A DNA stretch of 32,000 nt from Candidatus Saccharimonadota bacterium (GCA_965227835.1 OZ245768.1:300001-332000), one strand, 5' to 3'; counted from the first letter of the stretch, positions 19,293-30,387 are shown. The notes: generated from the sequence alone by a model not told the origin. Program-made: numbers and translations.

Positions 19293-21035
19293 TTAAAATC
19301 TAGTTAATTCATTAATTTTTTCTAAGATAAGTTTAGTTCTTGCTTTAATAAAATTATCAAAATCATCATTTTCAAGCATTTCTACCATTTCTTCAGAAAT
19401 TAGATGAGTTTTTAAATATTCATTAAATTTTTCATCTCAAATTTCCTTTCTAAAATCAGCTATATAAACACTTGGATTTTTATTATTTATAAACTTATTA
19501 TTAGTTTCTTTTGTAAGAGGAGTAAGATTAGCAATATTATTTATAATATTATTTCATCTTTTTTTGATTTTTTTTCATATTTCTGAATTATCAGGGAATA
19601 TATGATGTAATTCCATTTTACTTTTATTTTCAGTTCATTTATTTACTTCTACTCAACTATAAAAATCCTTTATTCAGTTATTAATTAGTAATAACTCTAA
19701 TGCTTTAAATAATTGATTTGATTGTTTATTATAAAAAGCATCTAATACTTCATTTTCATCAAATATTCTTGTTCTTGATTTAGCTAATTTGTTAGCATAA
19801 TTTTCAAGGTCTAAATCATTGAAATCTTTTTGAATTCTTTCATTTTGAGATCATGAATATCTATTAAATAAAACAGTATTCCAAAACCATTTTGATAAAA
19901 ATTCTCTTTTTTCATGAGTTAGTTCTTTGTTTGATGAAATATAAAGAGATAAAAATTTTATAATAGGTTTAAATTTATTGTAGTTTCAAGTTTGAATTTT
20001 GAAATTATCTAATTCATCTATAAGCTGTTTAAATAACTTATTTATTCTTTTACAATTATATATTAAATCATCTGTTGTAATTTTTAAAATTTCTCTTTCT
20101 TTTACTAATTTTTTATCTTGTAGAAATAACATTATTATAAATAAAAGTTCTTTATCATCATTAAATTTATAAGTTTCCTCTTCTCATAAGTTATCTAATT
20201 CCTCAAAATAGTTATTTGTAGATAAGGATTTTTTAGATTTTATAAGATTAATGAAGTTTCTTAAATCAAAATATCAATTTTCAGTTTTTCTATATGTTTT
20301 AGCAACCATTATATCAAACATATTTAATTTAGTATTTTTTGTGTTTGTTCTTTCAAAAATATCTAAAACTTGTTCTAATTTTCATTCTTGATTTATAACA
20401 TAAATTTTTCTATCAAGTATATTTTGTTTTAATAATCTTGTTATTTTTGTAAAAGCTTTTATATCTTCTAAGTTATCTAAAAAATCAGTTATATTATTTT
20501 CTATTTCATCTATATATAGAGCTTTTAATGGTATATATTTTAATCAATATTCTTTATATAATTCTTCTACTGATAAATCTTTTAATTTTATATAATCTTC
20601 TCAAACTTCTATTTTTTCATCATCAAAAAATAATTTATCTACTATTCATTCTTCATCATTCTCATCAAAATTTTCTATATCAATAAAAAGACTATATTTA
20701 ATTGGCTTTTTTGAATTTCACTTATATATTTCTTTATTTGAAAATATAGATGTTAAAGTTGTAGTTCTTTGTTGTCAATCAAGTAAGTATGTAATAGTTT
20801 TATTTTCTGTTGTAGGAAAACTCATATCAGATATAGGTCATCAAACATCTCTTCTTGCTAATTCATTTCATCATTCCCAAATTAGAATACTGTTTATAGT
20901 ATAATTTCTATATAAGCTATCTAACAATAATTTTACTTGTTCTTTATCCCATACATATTCTCTTTGAAATTCTGGAACTTGTAATTCTCCTGAAACTGCT
21001 CTATCTATTAATTCTTTTATATATTCAATTTTCAT
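19293..21035 (-). CDS. GmrSD-family type IV restriction endonuclease (DUF262 + DUF1524; 580 aa)
   Basis: The minus strand from ATG (cat 21033-21035) to TAA (tta 19293-19295) is 1743 nt. The N-terminal ParB-like motifs are ELQVPEFQREYVWDKEQVKLLLDSL and YLLDGQQRTTTL. The C-terminal His-Me finger is MELHHIFPDN...IANLTPLTKETNNKF. Confidence 0.85.
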
Positions 21036-21197
21036 TGACTTTAATTTAACTTTTAAAATTACTATTAAATATAATAAAACACCTTTAAAAGTCCATTTAA
21101 AAAATGATGAATATAAAGCAATTTTTTAATTAAAACTATCTATCATAATGACGATATATTAATTTTTTACTGTAAATATTAATCATCAATAATATGG

Positions 21198-22391
21198 TTA
21201 TATCTTTGTTTTACTTGTACCAGAATTTCTTAAATGAACTTGAAAAAGGAAAGTGTATCATATAATTTTATATCTATAAATATATATATTAATATATTGA
21301 TATATAATACAAACTCATATCAGCAAATGGTAATGGTCCTTTAGATAGGTACCACCAATTTTAGCAAGATTATCTAGGATAAGGACAGGGAAATTATTAA
21401 ATTTTGTAGGAAGAATTATATTACAACTTCTAAGTTTTTCAATAGGACTTAAACCGTTCATACCTATTCAAAAAGAAGGTCTATAATTATTATAAGTATA
21501 AATATATTTACTACTATGGTTTAAAAAATTAGGAAGAGATTTCATGCGATCAAGATAAGGTCTATATAATTCTTCATCATCAGTTCTATGAGATCTCTCT
21601 ACAATTCATTGAAGATATTTTTTTCAAGCAGGAATACTCTTAAAACAGCAATTTATATTATTTAATATAGCATTCCACTGATTTTCCTTTCTCTTACTTC
21701 ATCCACAAAAATCAGCAGGGCCATTATCTCATTGAAATTCCATATGATAATATATTCACATACTCCTAAGATATGTAGCTATAGTAAGTATAAACATAAG
21801 ACCAAATTCAGAAGAAAGACTATGAGAATAAGCTATAAATTTATATTTTGTTTTAGCACATATATATGTCCATTGATATAAAGGAAGATTATATTTTCTT
21901 AGTATAAAACAAAGTTCTCATAAAGCTTCAAAATCTTCTATATGCTTTGTATCTACTTGACCATACTCAAAGGGAAGAATATTTTGATAATCGTATAGAG
22001 GTTTACTATCTCATTTTCTACGAGAATAATGATGCTTTTTTACTTTGTTTCTTTTTAGTATATTTCATATAGTAGAGGAAGAGAATGTTATTCCATATCT
22101 GAGGAATAAATACTTTGCTAGACGTACTCTTCAATATTTTGTTTTATTTCGTTCTTGTAATACAAGTCATTCTAAATCAGAAGATGTTTTTTTATTATGA
22201 GGAGTCTTAGGAGCTCTTGATATATTTTCTATAGGACCATCTCTACTTCTTCTTACTGTTTTACGAGAACATCATAATATATAAGCTGTTTTACTTACGT
22301 TTCCTTTGTTTTCTTCAAGTATCGACCTCGCGAGGATTCTTGCTGATTCTACTCCTTGCTTAGTACACATTTTTTCATATAATCATTTCAT
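21198..22391 (-). CDS. IS481-like transposase, copy B, with a 40-codon tail read from flanking DNA
   Basis: The start is cat 22389-22391. The ORF leaves the element at 21329 and continues ...DHYHLLIGVCIIYQYINIYIYRYKIIGYTFLFQVHLRNSGTSKTKI to TAA (tta 21198-21200). The total is 1194 nt. Confidence 0.75.
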
Positions 22392-22506
22392 AAGAGGTTT
22401 GGGATTATAAAATAAAATTTTTTACAAAATCTATTATATCCTCATCCTCTTTTTTACACAATTCCATATCAATAAATAGTGGTACCTATCTACTGGTACA
22501 GATAAT
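21329..22506 (-). mobile_element. IS481-like insertion sequence, copy B (1178 bp, inverted relative to A and C)
   Basis: It is the reverse complement of copies A and C. The 15-bp direct repeat CTCATATCAGCAAAT lies at 21314-21328 and 22507-22521. Confidence 0.85.
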
Positions 22507-22618
22507 CTCATATCAGCAAATTTTATTGATTTTTATATAAAAATTGTATAATAAAATATGTTTTCTTTTTCATGTACTACAAAAAATAGGAGGTTTTTTA
22601 TGAATATACAGAAGACTA

Positions 22619-23903
22619 CTCAAAACTCCCCAGTTTTTTTAATAAAAAAGTCTAAAAAAAGCTTGACAGAGGGGATAATCTAATAATTGAAGTAATATAT
22701 TATTATTACTTTTTTTTATGCAAGAAATACAAAAAATAATAAACAAAGAACTATGATATTTAATGAAATATGAATGCAAAAATGATAAAAGATTTATTAA
22801 AGAGTTTTTTTGAGATATAATAAGGCTAAGAACAACAATAATGAACAAATTATGATTTTGAAAATATAAAAATCCCAACAAAATGAGTGAAAAAATAAAA
22901 CATTTCTTTGAAAAAGATAGTTTTAAAAATTTTAACCTAAAAGTAGAAAAAAGATGTTTTTCTATGTTATGAAAAATAAATAAAAATGATTATATAGTTT
23001 TTGATGAAGTTGATATAGCAAAACAATACTCAAAGAAGCTAGAAAATTTATCTAAAGTAAGAGATTGAAGTACTTGAAATATAGTTTCTTGATATATGTA
23101 TCATTGAGTAAGTATAAATTGAATTCCTGTAATACTTGAGTATGAAGATTTAACTAATAAATTTAAATCTGAATATTTTTGAAAATTAATTAAAAAAGTA
23201 GAAGATTATACTAAATGAAAGTGAATATATGTATATGATGCTTGATATGATATAGCATCATATATAGAGTTTTTAAATAATAGTGTAAATAGATGGATAA
23301 TAAGAGCTAAAAAGAATAGGATATATTTTGATTTAAAAACCAATAAATATTTGAAATTAAAGGAATTTAAAGATTGAGTTCATAAGGTAAGAATTAATTC
23401 AGTTAATGAATCAATATATCTTCATATTAGATCAAATCCTAAATTTCCTGAACCAATGAGGATATTATCAAATTCAAGAAAAACAGATATAGAAGAATAT
23501 AAACAAAGACGGGAAATAGAGACAATATTTAAAACTATGAAGCAAGAGTTTCAGCTTGAGAAACTTCAAGCTAAGAGTTTAATAGTATTTAAAAATTTTG
23601 TTTCTACTATACAGTTGGCTATGGCTTTGACTAGGACTATATATAAAAAGAATAATTCTTTTTGTGAGAATCAGAGGTTTATACTTTCTTCTAGATTTAA
23701 ATCTAGATTTAGAGATTATACAAAATCTCGATGAATAACTATGAATTCTAATTCTATTGTTAAATTTATATCTTATTGTTTAACAAAGTTGTATAAACCT
23801 CCTAAAAAACATATTAAAAATTTAAATAATAAAAACAACCTACATTTCCCTCAGTTATCCTTATTCTCCTATGTCGATTTTATAAAAAATGGGTAGTTTT
23901 GAG
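22619..23903 (+). mobile_element. IS4-superfamily insertion sequence, copy X1 (1285 bp, intact)
   Basis: The terminal IRs are CTCAAAACTCCCCA (left) and TGGGTAGTTTTGAG (right), matching at 13 of 14 positions. A second, interrupted copy lies at 25075-27569 in inverted orientation. Confidence 0.8.
22718..23896 (+). CDS. IS4-family DDE transposase (392 aa)
   Basis: ATG 22718 is in frame with track ORF 23456..23734, and the ORF ends at TAG 23894-23896 inside the right IR. Motifs are ...YIVFDEVDIAK..., ...IYVYDAGYDIASY..., and the Y-2-R-3-E-6-K signature in EEYKQRREIETIFKTMKQEF. Confidence 0.8.
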
Positions 23904-24249
23904 ATATTATGCTTGTAAAGATTTACCTTTTTTAGCATTAATAAATATATCAGAAGCATTAACTGAATTCTTACTTTCTTGAAAAGATAATGAAGATTCT
24001 GTAAATGATTATAAGAGAATATTTAATACTATTATTTTTTCTTGTTTTATTTTGAAATACATGACCACAGTTTTTACATTTATATCTCTGTTTTCACCTC
24101 ATTTTTCAATCTTTTTTTAGTTTTGAACTGTTACATTTTTTACAGTATTTTTTATAACTTTTATTTTGCATTATTAAAAGTAAGAAAGTATTTAGCTATA
24201 TTATGCCAAATACTTTCTTTTTTAGCCACACATTTTTTACAATTATGCC
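23904..24249 (-). mobile_element. IS1-like fragment (346-bp repeat, copy 2), abutting the right end of X1
   Basis: It is near-identical to 16606-16951. The InsA-like zinc-ribbon ORF would be 23971..24171 on the minus strand. Confidence 0.55.
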
Positions 24250-24330
24250 AAAACACTCAATTTTTTGACAAAAAAAATACAAATATGATAAACTTAAAAC
24301 TACGTTTTTATTTTTTTATTTTTTGTTTTT

Positions 24331-24873
24331 ATGAAATGACATTTAAAGAACTTTAACAGGCTTAGAGCTTCAAAGTATTATAATGTACTAAATTATTATG
24401 ATAACTATACTGAAAACCAAGATTTTTCAGCTTTTATGATGATATTAGAAAATGTAGATATAGATAAGATTAGGTATAAGGAGAAAAAAGAGCTATTAAG
24501 AGTATTAGAATTTATATTTGAAAAATATAGATTATATGAGGTTAAATCTACTTATTTGAGCTGATTTACTTTTATAAATAAATATTGTAATTTTCTTATT
24601 TCAGAAAGAGAATATATAGTTTTGGAATATATTTTAAAATTAAAGGGACAACTTTGAGGCTATTATATGAAACACTACAATATATATTATAATATAGCAC
24701 TAAACTATATAGAAAATTGTAAGAGATATTTAATTTTTCATAAGATTTTAAAGGATGATAAAATCAAAGCATTAGAAAATACAGATCCAAAATTTTTTAA
24801 TTTTCCATGAGAATGTATTTTAAATGATAGGTTATTTATAAATAAAGAATATTACAAAGACCCTGTAAAGTAA
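24331..24873 (+). CDS. Hypothetical protein (180 aa)
   Basis: ATG 24331 to TAA 24871-24873 is open with 5 in-frame TGA=Gly. The translation is MKGHLKNFNRLRASKYYNVLNYYDNYTENQDF...PGECILNDRLFINKEYYKDPVK. No family recognised. Confidence 0.4.
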
Positions 24874-24925
24874 TATAAATATCTATTAATAAAATTACAT
24901 AAACTGAAAATATCAAGAGTGAGTT

Positions 24926-25064
24926 TTAGAACAAGTTCTAAAAAATATGTGTGAAACTGCATTAAATAATTGAATGTCACTTTTTATTGAGTCTCAAAAA
25001 CAAGTTAACCAACTATATTTTAGAATACTCTAAAAATAAAGATATTTTTTTTTATATAAATATT
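24926..25064 (+). pseudogene. Internal fragment of the P-loop kinase gene (copy of about 11595-11735)
   Basis: The match ...ttagaacaagttctaaaaaatatgtgtgaaactgca... has several SNPs and single-base indels. It has neither start nor end. It stops 10 bp before the X2 left terminus. Confidence 0.7.
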
Positions 25065-25631
25065 TGAGAAATATCTCAAAACTACCCACTTTTTATAAAA
25101 TCGACATATGAGAATAAGGATAACTGAGGGAAATGTAGGTTGTTTTTATTATTTAAATTTTTAATATGTTTTTTAGGAGGTTTATACAACTTTGTTAAAC
25201 AATAAGATATAAATTTAACAATAGAATTAGAATTCATAGTTATTCATCGAGATTTTGTATAATCTCTAAATCTAGATTTAAATCTAGAAGAAAGTATAAA
25301 CCTCTGATTCTCACAAAAAGAATTATTCTTTTTATATATAGTCCTAGTCAAAGCCATAGCCAACTGTATAGTAGAAACAAAATTTTTAAATACTATTAAA
25401 CTCTTAGCTTGAAGTTTCTCAAGCTGAAACTCCTGCTTCATAGTTTTAAATATTGTCTCTATTTCCCGTCTTTGTTTATATTCTTCTATATCTGTTTTTC
25501 TTGAATTTGATAATATCCTCATTGGTTCAGGAAATTTAGGATTTGATTTAATATGAAGATATATTGATTCATTAACTGAATTAATTCTTACCTTATGAAC
25601 TCAATCTTTAAATTCCTTTAATTTCAAATAT

Positions 25632-26836
25632 GAGCCTGTTGTAAATTAAACTTTGACTATTAAAAAGAGAAAAAAGAGATATAATTAGATAGTAATTATA
25701 TTCTAAGAAAATACCTATGTGAGAATCAAATCAAATAAGTTTTGTTATCCTAAACGAGCTAATTCCAGAAAATCATCAATATCGTAAATTTAAGAAATTG
25801 TGGAACTTTGATTGAGTAAATAAAATACTAAAAAATATAGATCTATGAAAAACTCATGTATGATATTGAGTAAAAAAATTATTTCTATGTTTACTAATCC
25901 AGTTTATGGAAGATTTATCAGATAGAGAGTTAGAGAAATATCTTGCAGAAAATCTAGCTGGTAAATGGTTTTGCTGATTTAAATTAACAGATAAAACTCC
26001 AGATTATAGTATATTCTCAAGAGCAAGAAAAAAGATATGAACAAATGAACTATCAAAGATATTTGAAGATTTAAAAAATCAATTATCAAATAAGGGGTAT
26101 ATGAGTGAAGTGTTTACATTTGTAGATGCTTCTCATTTAGTTACTAAAGCTAATTTATGGGAAGAAAGAGATAAATGAATAAAAGAATGATATGAAAAAA
26201 TGAATAATGAAACTCTTCCAAAAGTTGCTAATGATAAGGAAGCTAAAATTTGATCTAAATGAAAAAATAAATTTTGGTATGGATATAAAAAACATACTAG
26301 TGTTGATATGCAATCTTGAATGATAAACAAGATAGCTATAACTCAAGCTAATGTAACAGATGCAAAGTGAATGAAGCATGTATTACCAAGTTCATGAGCA
26401 GTATATGCTGATAAGTGATATTGTATTTGACCGGCTGTAATATCAACAAAAAAGAAGTGATTACATCTATGTGCAATAAAGAAAAATAATATGAAAGATA
26501 AGAACAAGGATAAAGATAAGTTTTATTCTAAACTTAGATCTCCTTATGAGAGGGTATTTTCAAAAATGAATCATAGAGTGAGGTATAAGTCTGTAGTAAA
26601 AAATCAGTTTACTGCATTTATGGAAGCTATATCTTTTAATCTCAAAAGATTAGTTGTTTTAGAGGAAGTCCCAATAGTTTAGATTAGTTTCCTTAGGTGG
26701 ATTGCGTCTAAAATCCTAAATTATATATAAAAATGGCTATAATTTAACAAAAAATAGATGAATTTTATAAATCTTTCATCTATTTTAGTACATTTCTTAA
26801 TTAAAACTCTTTTTAAAATCAAAACGCAACAGATCC
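25632..26836 (+). mobile_element. IS5-family insertion sequence nested inside X2 (about 1.2 kb)
   Basis: The element breaks the X2 sequence between ...tttcaaata and aatatttattgg..., duplicating AATA(T) at 25627-25631 and 26837-26841. The imperfect IRs are GAGCCTGTTG... and ...CAACAGATCC. Confidence 0.75.
25717..26682 (+). CDS. IS5-family (InsH-like) DDE transposase (321 aa)
   Basis: ATG 25717 is in frame with track ORF 26491..26682. The translation is ...ISFVILNELIPENHQYRKFKKLWNF...FTFVDASHLVTKANLW...FWYGYKKHTSVDMQSGMINKIAITQANVTDAKG...AVYADKGY...RSPYERVFSKMNHRVRYKSVVKNQFTAFMEAISFNLKRL. Confidence 0.85.
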
Positions 26837-27687
26837 AATATTTATTGGTTTTTAAATCAAAATATATCCTATTCTTTTTAGCTCTTATTATCCATCTATT
26901 TACACTATTATTTAAAAACTCTATATATGATGCTATATCATATCAAGCATCATATACATATATTCACTTTCATTTAGTATAATCTTCTACTTTTTTAATT
27001 AATTTTCAAAAATATTCAGATTTAAATTTATTAGTTAAATCTTCATACTCAAGTATTACAGGAATTCAATTTATACTTACTCAATGATACATATATCAAG
27101 AAACTATATTTCAAGTACTTCAATCTCTTACTTTAGATAAATTTTCTAGCTTCTTTGAGTATTGTTTTGCTATATCAACTTCATCAAAAACTATATAATC
27201 ATTTTTATTTATTTTTCATAACATAGAAAAACATCTTTTTTCTACTTTTAGGTTAAAATTTTTAAAACTATCTTTTTCAAAGAAATGTTTTATTTTTTCA
27301 CTCATTTTGTTAGGATTTTTATATTTTCAAAATCATAATTTGTTCATTATTGTTGTTCTTAGCTTTATTATATCTCAAAAAAACTCTTTAATAAATCTTT
27401 TATCATTTTTGCATTCATATTTCATTAAATATCATAGTTCTTTGTTTATTATTTTTTGTATTTCTTGCATAAAAAAAAGTAATAATAATATATTACTTCA
27501 ATTATTAGATTATCCCCTCTGTCAAGCTTTTTTTAGACTTTTTTATTAAAAAAAATGGGGAGTTTTGAGAAATAAAATTTGACAAATAATATTTTTTCTT
27601 TATTATCTTGTTGGAAAGAGTTTGTAATTATTAATTTATCTAAACTTTTTCTTGGTTATTAATTTTCATCTACTTTGGAGTAACATA

Positions 27688-27930
27688 ATGATTGCTATTA
27701 AAAATTATCTATATTCGTTTTTATTCATTAAAATACACGAATATACAAGTACTGGAGGAAGTCCATTTTACAAGTGCATACATTGTAACGATGTAACTGG
27801 TCTTAATGGTTGGCAGATTAGAGAAATGCCAAAGGAAATGTCAAAATGTCCAAATGGTAAATTGGTTTTTAAACCATTAAATTTCATTTTTGTACCATTA
27901 ATAGGTGGATATAATTGTTTGAAAAAATAA
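27688..27930 (+). CDS. Small Cys-containing hypothetical protein (80 aa), TGA-free
   Basis: ATG 27688 is preceded by GGAG. A putative promoter is TTGACA (27579-27584) with TATTAT about 16 nt downstream. A strong terminator follows. All 7 Gly codons are GGN and none is TGA. The translation is MIAIKNYLYSFLFIKIHEYTSTGGSPFYKCIHCNDVTGLNGWQIREMPKEMSKCPNGKLVFKPLNFIFVPLIGGYNCLKK. Confidence 0.5.
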   Translation: MIAIKNYLYSFLFIKIHEYTSTGGSPFYKCIHCNDVTGLNGWQIREMPKEMSKCPNGKLVFKPLNFIFVPLIGGYNCLKK

Positions 27931-27954
27931 TTATTATTGACCTAGCTTAACTTT

Positions 27955-27982
27955 GTGGGGATTAAAAATCCCCACATTTTTT
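27955..27982 (+). terminator. Rho-independent terminator
   Basis: The hairpin is GTGGGGA-ttaaaaa-TCCCCAC followed by ATTTTTT. Confidence 0.75.
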
Positions 27983-28045
27983 ATTAACCTAATCTTCTTT
28001 TTGAAATAGTTTCATATGAAAAAATATAGTAAAAATTAGCTTAAT

Positions 28046-28429
28046 TTATAAATTATTTTTAATAAACTTTTCTAATCATTTTAAATCTTTTTTATCCTTA
28101 TCATAATAATAAGTATTGATTCAAATTGATTTAGCAGACTCTACAGCTCCTTGATTATGCTCAAAATAAATAAGATCTGATGCAGATAATCCATACTTGG
28201 ATAAAAATATTTTATAATAATCTGGTTTTGTTTTTTCGGGATTGAAATTTAGAGTAAAAACCTCATAAGGCATATCAACAAAACCTAACGATTTTTGTTT
28301 TTGTTCTCAAGCGTTTGTAAGTATAATTTTTTTGTTTTTATACTTCTCTAGTAATTTGTACATATCTTTATTAACTCATTCTCATTTTATGAAAAATGTA
28401 TTTATAGCATCAACCAAAATTGTTTTCAT
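28046..28429 (-). CDS. HAD-superfamily hydrolase-like protein (127 aa), degenerate motif I
   Basis: The minus strand from cat 28427-28429 to tta 28046-28048 is 384 nt. The translation is MKTILVDAINTFF...KKIILTNAGEQ...EKTKPDYYKIFLSKYGLSASDLIYFEHNQGAVESAKSIGI. Confidence 0.5.
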
Positions 28430-28456
28430 TATTTTTACTACTTAATAAATTATTTA

Positions 28457-29074
28457 TTATTTTTTACTCAATCATAATAAATCTTTTCTAATATCTCTTA
28501 ATGATAATTTTGCAACTACTACAGATCAATTTGTCGAGCTTACTCTTCTATGCTTTATAGTTTTTAATTTTAAAATTTTCTCTCCTATTCATGATCATCA
28601 TGAATACTTTTTCTTATTATTCTTTTTATATTTGGTTGAGCTTGAATTTACTCATGCTCAATTATCTTTTACAAAGAAAGTTATAGTTTCATTTTCTACA
28701 TTTATTTTCCATTTTACCCTAATATTTCATTTATAATCTTCTCAACGATTTCTATTGTTATCAACAATAGAATCAAATCAATTTTTACAAATTTCTTTAA
28801 TACAAAGTTGAATTTCTTCAAAAACATCCAAAACTATTCAATCTTTATAAGATCTTTCAACCTCTTCCCATAAATTACCAAATAAATCTTTTTTTCAATA
28901 TTTTTCATATAAAAGATATGAAATATCTTTTAACACTTCTTTTTGAATACTTCTAAGTACTCTTGTTTGAATTATTTTATACTTGTCTATGAATCAATAT
29001 CATGGATCTCACTTTATTAATTCCAACATTTCTTGGCTTGGTTCAAAAGGATTATAACTTATTTCTCGAATCAT
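28457..29074 (-). CDS. GHKL (HATPase_c) ATPase / kinase-like protein without a HisKA domain (205 aa)
   Basis: The minus strand from cat 29072-29074 to tta 28457-28459 is 618 nt. The N-box-like segment is EEIQLCIKEICKNGFDS, the G1 box is FFVKDNGAGV and the G2 box is YSGGSGIGEKIL. Confidence 0.55.
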
Positions 29075-29141
29075 TTTTTATATTTTAAGGGATAATATTA
29101 TTAAAAATTTCTTATTGTTTTATGAAGCTTTTAGTCAAAAC

Positions 29142-29169
29142 AGAAAAAGAGATAAAAATCTCTTTTTCT
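29142..29169. terminator. Hairpin (possible bidirectional terminator)
   Basis: The hairpin is AGAAAAAGAGA-taaaaa-TCTCTTTTTCT. Confidence 0.4.
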
Positions 29170-29209
29170 TATAAAAATTTCATATGTCTTTTCAAGTTTA
29201 AATCTAGAC

Positions 29210-30387
29210 ATTATCTGTACCAGTAGATAGGTACCACTATTTATTGATATGGAATTGTGTAAAAAAGAGGATGAGGATATAATAGATTTTGTAAAAAATT
29301 TTATTTTATAATCCCAAACCTCTTATGAAATGATTATATGAAAAAATGTGTACTAAGCAAGGAGTAGAATCAGCAAGAATCCTCGCGAGGTCGATACTTG
29401 AAGAAAACAAAGGAAACGTAAGTAAAACAGCTTATATATTATGATGTTCTCGTAAAACAGTAAGAAGAAGTAGAGATGGTCCTATAGAAAATATATCAAG
29501 AGCTCCTAAGACTCCTCATAATAAAAAAACATCTTCTGATTTAGAATGACTTGTATTACAAGAACGAAATAAAACAAAATATTGAAGAGTACGTCTAGCA
29601 AAGTATTTATTCCTCAGATATGGAATAACATTCTCTTCCTCTACTATATGAAATATACTAAAAAGAAACAAAGTAAAAAAGCATCATTATTCTCGTAGAA
29701 AATGAGATAGTAAACCTCTATACGATTATCAAAATATTCTTCCCTTTGAGTATGGTCAAGTAGATACAAAGCATATAGAAGATTTTGAAGCTTTATGAGA
29801 ACTTTGTTTTATACTAAGAAAATATAATCTTCCTTTATATCAATGGACATATATATGTGCTAAAACAAAATATAAATTTATAGCTTATTCTCATAGTCTT
29901 TCTTCTGAATTTGGTCTTATGTTTATACTTACTATAGCTACATATCTTAGGAGTATGTGAATATATTATCATATGGAATTTCAATGAGATAATGGCCCTG
30001 CTGATTTTTGTGGATGAAGTAAGAGAAAGGAAAATCAGTGGAATGCTATATTAAATAATATAAATTGCTGTTTTAAGAGTATTCCTGCTTGAAAAAAATA
30101 TCTTCAATGAATTGTAGAGAGATCTCATAGAACTGATGATGAAGAATTATATAGACCTTATCTTGATCGCATGAAATCTCTTCCTAATTTTTTAAACCAT
30201 AGTAGTAAATATATTTATACTTATAATAATTATAGACCTTCTTTTTGAATAGGTATGAACGGTTTAAGTCCTATTGAAAAACTTAGAAGTTGTAATATAA
30301 TTCTTCCTACAAAATTTAATAATTTCCCTGTCCTTATCCTAGATAATCTTGCTAAAATTGGTGGTACCTATCTAAAGGACCATTACC
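29210..30387 (+). mobile_element. IS481-like insertion sequence, copy C (1178 bp)
   Basis: By visual line-by-line comparison it is identical to copy A apart from C at 30260 (T at 7232 in A). The 15-bp direct repeat AGTTTAAATCTAGAC lies at 29195-29209 and 30388-30402. Confidence 0.85.

Larger units (their letters stand above)
25075..27569 (-). mobile_element. IS4-superfamily insertion sequence, copy X2, disrupted by an IS5-like insertion
   Basis: The ends are CTCAAAACTACCCA (25075) and TGGGGAGTTTTGAG (to 27569). The flanks AAATAT and AAATAA form a 5/6 direct repeat. The transposase is split into 25082-25631 (C-terminal part; track ORF 25244..25522 is identical to 23456..23734) and 26837-27470 (N-terminal part). 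Confidence 0.8.

Noticed and set aside
22619-27569. Classical composite transposon formed by X1 and X2
   Set aside because: The outer flanks (AGACTA and AAATAA) do not form a target-site duplication. X2 has its own near-perfect duplication as a single insertion. It is reported only as an inverted-repeat pair capable of inversion.
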